DNA of 64,000 nt. Origin: a bacterium (GTDB lineage: Bacteria > UBA8248). Location of the stretch: positions 1,024,001 through 1,088,000 of the forward strand of contig CBDCRP010000003.1 of assembly GCA_965221165.1 (NCBI GenBank), written 5' to 3'. Each line of letters opens with the position of its first letter. Within the stretch, counting starts at the first letter, position 1. A model generated the notes under the pieces. The model was not told where the DNA came from and did not search any database. It saw only the letters and a program-made list of their open reading frames with translations. The position numbers were made by a program, and so were the translations under genes. This document shows positions 58,550 through 64,000 of the stretch, in pieces.

Positions 58550-60277
58550 ATGATTATCGAACGTGATCTGCCCGTCGAGATGGACGACGGGGTGGTGCTG
58601 CGGGTGGACGTCTACAGGCCCGACACCAAGGAAAAGGTGCCCATCGTCATGGCCGGCGGCCCCTACGGCAAGGGAGTCAAGTATCAGGAGCACTACAAGC
58701 CGCTCTGGGATTCGCTGGTGAAGATGCACCCCGACATACTGGAGGGCTCCCAGCACCGCTGGCTCACCTGGGAGACGGTGGACCCTGAAATATGGGTGCC
58801 CTGGGGTTACGCCTGCGTACGCTTCGATTCGCGCGGCGCGGGACGCTCGCCCGGTTATCTCGATATTTTCTCCCCGCGCGAGACCAAGGATTTCGCCATC
58901 GCCATCGAATGGGCGGGCCAACAGAAGTGGTCGAACGGCAAGGTCGGGCTGAACGGCGTCTCCTATTACGCCATCAACCAGTGGCAGGTCGCCGTCTTAC
59001 AGCCCAAACACCTCACCGCCATGATCCCCTGGGAGGGCGCCGCCGACCACTACCGAGACTGGGCGCGGCACGGCGGCATCCTCTCGAACAAGTTCATGGA
59101 AATCTGGTATCCGCGCCAGGTCGAGGCGGTGCAGCACGGCAATCCCAAGGGTCCGCGCGACCACTGGATGAAGACGCGCTCGACGGGCCCGGCGACGCTC
59201 TCCAGGGATGAACTCGCGGAGAATCGGGCCAACACGCTCGAGAACTCCCTGGTCCGCGAGATGGACGACGACTGGTACCGCTCCCGATCGCCCGATTGGT
59301 CGAAAGTGAAGGTTCCCTTCCTCAGCGCGGCGAGCTGGGCGGGTTTCGGCCTGCACCCGCGCGGGAATTTCGAGGCCTTCACGCAAGCGGCGGCGAAAGA
59401 GAAGTGGCTCGAAGCGCATCCGGGCAGGCACGAGGAGTGGTTTTATCTCGAATACGGGATGCAGCTCCAAAAACGCTTTTTCGACTACTATCTCAAAGGG
59501 GAGAGCAACGGCTGGGAGAAGGAGCCGCGCGTGTGGTTGAACCTCAGGCGTCCTTTCACCGACGAGGTGGAGCTCCGCAAAGAGCATGAATGGCCGCTCA
59601 AAGGCACGAAATGGACGAAGCTCTATCTCCACGCGGGCGGCAAGGGAAGGCTCCGCTGGAACGCGCCCAAGGCCAAGCGCTCCAAGACCTTCCGCGCGCT
59701 GACGCGCGGCGTCACCCTCATGACGGCGCCGCTCAAGGAGGAGACCGAGATCACGGGCCCGATGGCGGCCAAGCTCTTCGTCTCCTCATCCACGCGGGAT
59801 GCGGATTTGTTCGTCACCGTCCAGGCGTTCTCGCCCAAGGGACGCGAAGTGTATTTCCAGGGCACGGTGGACCCCAAGACGCCGCTCGCCCAGGGCTGGC
59901 TGCGCGCTTCGCACCGCAAGCTGGACACGGAGCTATCCGAACCCTGGCGGCCCTACCACACGCATGACGACAAACAGCCGCTCATACCGGAGCGGATTTA
60001 CGAACTCGACATCGAAATCTGGCCCCAGTGCATCGTGCTGCCGAAAGGCTTCCAACTGTCCGTCAACATCGCCGGGCAGGATTTCGACCGGCCGGGCCCT
60101 GCGGTCCAGGCCTACGTGCCCTCGCGCGGTTCGGGACCGTTCTTACACGATCATCCCGTCGACCGCTCGAAAGAAGTCTTCGGCGGGCGCACCACCCTGC
60201 ACACGGGCCCGAACCACCCATCGCACCTGCTCGTGCCGATTATCCCCAAAAGACGGCTGGGCGCAGTGGCGAAGTAA
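58550..60277 (+). CDS. CocE/NonD (peptidase S15) family hydrolase
   Basis: DGVVLRVDVYRP, PYGK, DSRGAGRSPG, WSNGKVGLNGVSY, GWLRASHR. Confidence 0.93.
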   Translation: MIIERDLPVEMDDGVVLRVDVYRPDTKEKVPIVMAGGPYGKGVKYQEHYKPLWDSLVKMHPDILEGSQHRWLTWETVDPEIWVPWGYACVRFDSRGAGRSPGYLDIFSPRETKDFAIAIEWAGQQKWSNGKVGLNGVSYYAINQWQVAVLQPKHLTAMIPWEGAADHYRDWARHGGILSNKFMEIWYPRQVEAVQHGNPKGPRDHWMKTRSTGPATLSRDELAENRANTLENSLVREMDDDWYRSRSPDWSKVKVPFLSAASWAGFGLHPRGNFEAFTQAAAKEKWLEAHPGRHEEWFYLEYGMQLQKRFFDYYLKGESNGWEKEPRVWLNLRRPFTDEVELRKEHEWPLKGTKWTKLYLHAGGKGRLRWNAPKAKRSKTFRALTRGVTLMTAPLKEETEITGPMAAKLFVSSSTRDADLFVTVQAFSPKGREVYFQGTVDPKTPLAQGWLRASHRKLDTELSEPWRPYHTHDDKQPLIPERIYELDIEIWPQCIVLPKGFQLSVNIAGQDFDRPGPAVQAYVPSRGSGPFLHDHPVDRSKEVFGGRTTLHTGPNHPSHLLVPIIPKRRLGAVAK

Positions 60278-60330
60278 AGGTTGGTGATGAAGCGAGGTTT
60301 TGTGTAACACGTAAATAAAAGCAAAATTCA

Positions 60331-60360
60331 TCAGGCCAGGGGTTTCGGCCCCTGGCCTGA
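60331..60360. terminator. Strong hairpin, likely terminator
   Basis: TCAGGCCAGGGG-TTTCGG-CCCCTGGCCTGA, with an A-rich tract on the left. Confidence 0.65.
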
Positions 60361-60475
60361 TGTCTCAAGCGGACACCGCGCCTCGTGGAAGGCCGGCACC
60401 CAAGCCACAATCGTGTCGTAGAACTGTCCGATGCGCCGACAAGGGACGCCGGAACGCCGAGACCCTGATACCCGT

Positions 60476-60504
60476 TTGACTTTGTAAAGATGACGGCTTA
60501 TGTT
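60476..60504 (+). promoter_or_regulatory. Sigma70 promoter
   Basis: TTGACT-17 bp-TATGTT, overlapped by the inverted repeat ATGACG...CGTCAT. Confidence 0.65.
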
Positions 60505-60510
60505 CGTCAT

Positions 60511-60585
60511 GAGGCGCAATCCTGGATGTCATGACAGGGTTGCCCTTCATTCCGAGACCCACGCTCCGGCGTGGGTTTTCGTGTT
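60511..60585 (+). ncRNA. Candidate small structured RNA upstream of DUF3800
   Basis: Hairpin GCAATCCTG/CAGGGTTGC, then terminator ACCCACGC-TCCG-GCGTGGGT-TTT, directly after the promoter. Confidence 0.5.
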
Positions 60586-60606
60586 TCTGCGACCTTGAGT
60601 TGATTA

Positions 60607-61347
60607 TTGACTTACATTGCCTATCTTGACGAATTTGGACATATCGGGCCTTACATCAGTCGGAGCCATCCGACTCACAATGACAGTCCCGTGTTCGGCC
60701 TTGCCGGCTTTCTTCTTCCAACCGATGAAGTGCGTAGGTTCGGGACGTGGTTTTTCCAGCGCAAATGCGAACTGCTCGATTTCGAGATTAAGCGGTCGGG
60801 TGAAAATCCTGCCCGGTGGGAGAAAAAGGGAGCCAGTCTTTATACGGTAACCAACGTCACCAGGTATCTTGAACTACGAAAATTCACTAATCGCCTGTTC
60901 AACAGGATCACAAATCTCGGCGGTTTCGTGTTCTATGTAGGAGTAAAGAAGAGCGCCTGTCCTGATCACCACAAGCCAAATCAACTCTACGAACGGATTC
61001 TTCTTGAGGCAATCAAGCGGATCGATGGGTTCTGCGCTGAAGATTGCAAACCACCAGATAATTTTCTCTTGGCTCTCGACGAACACGAGCACCGCTCGGC
61101 GTTACTAACCAAAGCGGCGCAAAGCATGTATGGAATTCAGTCGTACCAATGTCTGCTTGAGCAGCCGTTCCATCTGGAGAGCCACCGTTATCAAACCATA
61201 CAGGCTGCCGATTGGATTGCGGGGCTAGTTGGACGAATTGGAGCGATTTGGGCAGATCCAGAAGCCTACCCCGAGAACGAGGTGTTCCGCAGGTATTTTG
61301 AGCATCGCCTTAATCAGGTCAGTCGACGGAGTGGAATCCGGAATTGA
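60607..61347 (+). CDS. DUF3800 domain protein
   Basis: N-terminal YLDEFG, central LDE, C-terminal IQAADWIAG; lower GC. Confidence 0.85.
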   Translation: MTYIAYLDEFGHIGPYISRSHPTHNDSPVFGLAGFLLPTDEVRRFGTWFFQRKCELLDFEIKRSGENPARWEKKGASLYTVTNVTRYLELRKFTNRLFNRITNLGGFVFYVGVKKSACPDHHKPNQLYERILLEAIKRIDGFCAEDCKPPDNFLLALDEHEHRSALLTKAAQSMYGIQSYQCLLEQPFHLESHRYQTIQAADWIAGLVGRIGAIWADPEAYPENEVFRRYFEHRLNQVSRRSGIRN

Positions 61348-61535
61348 TGGAGCGGTTGGAGATATAGGAAGGCGACTCGCAAATTTGGTTGCTGTGCCCA
61401 CGCCCGATTTTGCAATCATGCAAGTGGGCGATGTTGACGAAATCCCCCTCGGACATGAAAAAGCGTCATGCTGGATATCGCTTGAGGCTAACGGGAATTC
61501 CGCGAAATCTCTTTTGTTGCAACTCGTCTGTTCTG

Positions 61536-61611
61536 TGGTGGGCGGGAGAGGGCTCGAACCTCCGACCTATGCCTTGTAAGGGCACCGCTCTTCCAGCTGA
61601 GCTACCCGCCC
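61536..61611 (-). tRNA. tRNA-Val(TAC)
   Basis: GGGCGGGTAGCTCAGCTGGAAGAGC-GGTGCC-CTTACAA-GGCAT-AGGTC-GGAGGTTCGAGCCCTC-TCCCGCCCACCA; 76 nt with encoded CCA. Confidence 0.97.
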
Positions 61612-61697
61612 ATGTTAAAAAGGCGCGAGGAGAATAGCATCTTGAGGGTCCGGCGACCATCCCCCGAGCCGATGAGAATCGCGTTTTACCGGTCCGG

Positions 61698-62819
61698 CTA
61701 AATCTTGAGTTCCCCGTTCTTGGAAAAGAGTTTTCCGTCCACGTAGACCTCGCCCTCATCGCGCAAATCACACACCATGTCCCAGTGCAGGGCGGAATCG
61801 TTCTTGGAGCCACTCTGGGGATAGCCCTTGCCCAGGGCGAGGTGCAGGGTGCCGCCGATCTTCTCGTCGAACAGCGTGTTCTTGGTGAAGCGCTGGATGC
61901 CGCCGTTCAGGCCGAAGGCGAACTCCCCCACCCTTTTAGCACCTTCGTCCATGCCGATCATCGATTTCAAAAACGCCTCGTTCTTCTCCGCCCGGGCCTT
62001 TACGACCTCTCCCTTCACGAATTCGAGTTCCACCGCGTCCACCTCGCGCCCCTGGATGCAGGCGGGAAAGGAATAGCGAATCTTGCCGTCGATTTTATGC
62101 TCCTGCGGCCCGGTGAAAACTTCCCCGTCCGGGAAATTGTTGCGCCCCGAGCAGTTCATGAACGGACGACCCGCGATGCCCACGCGCAAGTCGGTGCCCG
62201 GCGCTCCGATTTCCACCACCTTGCGGCCCTTGAGATAGCGAACCACCCGCGCCTGACGCCCCTCCAGCGCCCGCCAGCGGCGGATGCCGCCTTCTTCATC
62301 CGCGAAACACGCGCCGAAGACGAAATCCTCATATTCCCTGAGACCCATTTCCGCATCCTGGGCGTAGGCCTCGGTGGGGAACAGGGTGAGCGTCCACCGC
62401 AAACCCTTTTCGCCCGTTTTTTCATACCGGGCGGCGCGCTTCATGAAAATCTCCATGATGGGCTGCCTGGCCTTGGAGGTGAGCGCCTGTTTTTTGGGGT
62501 CGGCGCCCGAGAGCCGCCGGGTGTTCGTTTCGGACAAAATGCCGATGACGACATCCACCTTTTCCACTTCAAACCGCCTCAGGGGAGAGAGATGCGACAA
62601 CTGCTCGCGGTTGGCGTACTGATAGAAAATCTCCTCCATCCCCGGCAAAGACACGTCGGTATAGGGAAAGGCGCGACGCCGGACGCATTCGGCGTATAGC
62701 GCGCGGATCAGGGGTGCGGCGGCCGTGCCGCCCCGGATGCCCACGAGATCGCCCCGTTTCACTTTTGAGGAATACCCCGTGATGATCTCCGCCATCCGCT
62801 CCACGCGCACATCTTCCAT
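61698..62819 (-). CDS. Aminopeptidase, M29 family (AmpS/AmpT)
   Basis: GTDL, NFPDGEVFTGP, GEFAFG, LFDEKIGGTLHLALG, SALHWDMV. Confidence 0.93.
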   Translation of the reverse strand: MEDVRVERMAEIITGYSSKVKRGDLVGIRGGTAAAPLIRALYAECVRRRAFPYTDVSLPGMEEIFYQYANREQLSHLSPLRRFEVEKVDVVIGILSETNTRRLSGADPKKQALTSKARQPIMEIFMKRAARYEKTGEKGLRWTLTLFPTEAYAQDAEMGLREYEDFVFGACFADEEGGIRRWRALEGRQARVVRYLKGRKVVEIGAPGTDLRVGIAGRPFMNCSGRNNFPDGEVFTGPQEHKIDGKIRYSFPACIQGREVDAVELEFVKGEVVKARAEKNEAFLKSMIGMDEGAKRVGEFAFGLNGGIQRFTKNTLFDEKIGGTLHLALGKGYPQSGSKNDSALHWDMVCDLRDEGEVYVDGKLFSKNGELKI

Positions 62820-63012
62820 CGTTCACCTCCCGTAATGATTTGTTCCGGTAATCGTGTAGACGGCAACCCACGGCCCATCCCGAGCGATGCGAGAGGGGCG
62901 CGATAATTCGACTCCTTTGCCATGATACAACAAAACGGGGGCGCGATTCAGCAGGAGGCGGGGACATGGTATTTTGATGGGGGGGAGCGTATACGATGAG
63001 CCACCCTCGCCC

Positions 63013-63161
63013 GTCATTCCGGCGAATGCCGGAATCCAGAGAATTTATCTTTTCGCCGTTTTTTTTCGCCTGCGTTCTCGCTAATTGGAGAGGAAATGAA
63101 ACGCCGTAATACCTTCACCCTCCGCGGTTCTGGATTCCGCATGCAAGCCTGCGGAATGACG
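63013..63161. repeat. Inverted pair of GTCATTCC palindromes (dRS3-like)
   Basis: GTCATTCCGGCGAATGCCGGAATCCA...TGGATTCCGCATGCAAGCCTGCGGAATGACG. Confidence 0.75.
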
Positions 63162-63638
63162 ATCAAAAGCGAAAGGCGGGCGGACACGGGGGCGGCAGAC
63201 ATATATGCCCGATCCTACGAACCCCTCGCAATCCCCCCTTCCCTGGTCGGGACCCGTCACGCCGCGCCAGAGGCGCATTTGCCCGCATTTGCGGTGGGGG
63301 GATGAAAAGAGAGAGCGGGTATGGTGGCGGAGCCCGGCGGTTCGCTTAGGACGGGGGGAATTTCGATAAATAAGTGAAAAATCACGAAAAATTCTGAAAA
63401 TATCTGAAAATTAAAGTCATTGATAATAAACGTATTAGGCGGTTTTTTCGCCATATACGGCGATAGGGGCCCGTTCGCATCGCCATCATCTGTTTCTCGC
63501 GCCGATATCCGGTGGAAACAAAATAAATCGCATCATTTTTACACCGTGTCCGGCCATCATTTTCATAGCGAGGCGGCCCGGTTTGGTGATATAATGGCGG
63601 CGCAGGTTCCCGGGGTGTCCCACACAGAGGAAGACGCA

Positions 63639-64000
63639 ATGCCCAGACGCAACAAGGTGCGGAAATTCAAGCCCTACCTCATGCGCTACCTCCATTCGGA
63701 GGACCCGAACTTCGAGCCCGTTCTCCATGACCTGCTCGAACACGAGCACGAAGTGTACGACGAGAGCACCGTCGGAGAAGGCGCGGACATGACGCGCGGA
63801 GAGAGGCTTCCCCATATGTGGCACGTCGTTTTCACCGAACTGACCGACATTCTCACCCCGTTCCACATCGAACAGCTATTCGAGCGCCTGGAGAAGGATT
63901 TTGCCGCCACATGCCGGACCCTGCGCGAGATGTCCGACCCGCAGCCGATGGAAAAGGAGCCCGAGTTCAGGCACTACCTCATGCGCTATCTCAATTCGAA
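63639..64000 (+). CDS. Hypothetical protein with an internal repeat, runs off the window edge
   Basis: GAGG RBS; MPRRNKVRKFKPYLMRYLHS...EFRHYLMRYLNS; open to the window end, so absent from the track. Confidence 0.7.
   Translation, partial: MPRRNKVRKFKPYLMRYLHSEDPNFEPVLHDLLEHEHEVYDESTVGEGADMTRGERLPHMWHVVFTELTDILTPFHIEQLFERLEKDFAATCRTLREMSDPQPMEKEPEFRHYLMRYLNS

Noticed and set aside
60331-60562. Short minus-strand ORFs upstream of DUF3800
   Set aside because: No recognisable motif or RBS; the region is better explained by the promoter and hairpins.
56863-61611. Integrated element or prophage at tRNA-Val
   Set aside because: Accessory genes lie 3' of the tRNA, but I found no integrase and no duplicated tRNA 3' end in the window.
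61536-61611. tRNA-Sec to match the UGA-containing gene
   Set aside because: Anticodon is TAC and the variable arm is short; it is an ordinary tRNA-Val.

Overview
High-GC bacterial chromosomal window, mostly catabolic and housekeeping genes, with scattered accessory DNA. It contains two tandem DNA methyltransferases (one cut by the window edge), a complete mrpABCDEFG Na+/H+ antiporter, an Fe3+/polyamine-type ABC transporter, many catabolic enzymes (ThDP enzymes, a SucCD-like CoA ligase, hydantoinase/oxoprolinase A/B, amidase, LLM and PPOX flavin/F420-type enzymes), toxin-antitoxin modules, a BaeSR-like two-component system and tRNA-Val(TAC). Four things stand out. (1) Three secreted proteins carry about 60 Asn-Pro-Cys (NPC) repeats in total. 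One is a c-type cytochrome with a probable His/Cys ligand set; they sit with a diheme cytochrome, a four-His membrane protein, an atypical cupredoxin and the two-component system. (2) A sulfurtransferase has TGA at its catalytic Cys codon followed by a SECIS-like hairpin, so it is probably a selenoprotein that the ORF track truncates. (3) A promoter, small structured RNA, terminator and DUF3800 gene form a cassette resembling a type III toxin-antitoxin system next to the tRNA. (4) A nested family of palindromic repeats and MITEs contains a 24-bp module with a CCCTCCTCGG core that appears inserted into REP stems, with one arm matching the local target. Family calls come from motif recognition by eye; no database searches were run.
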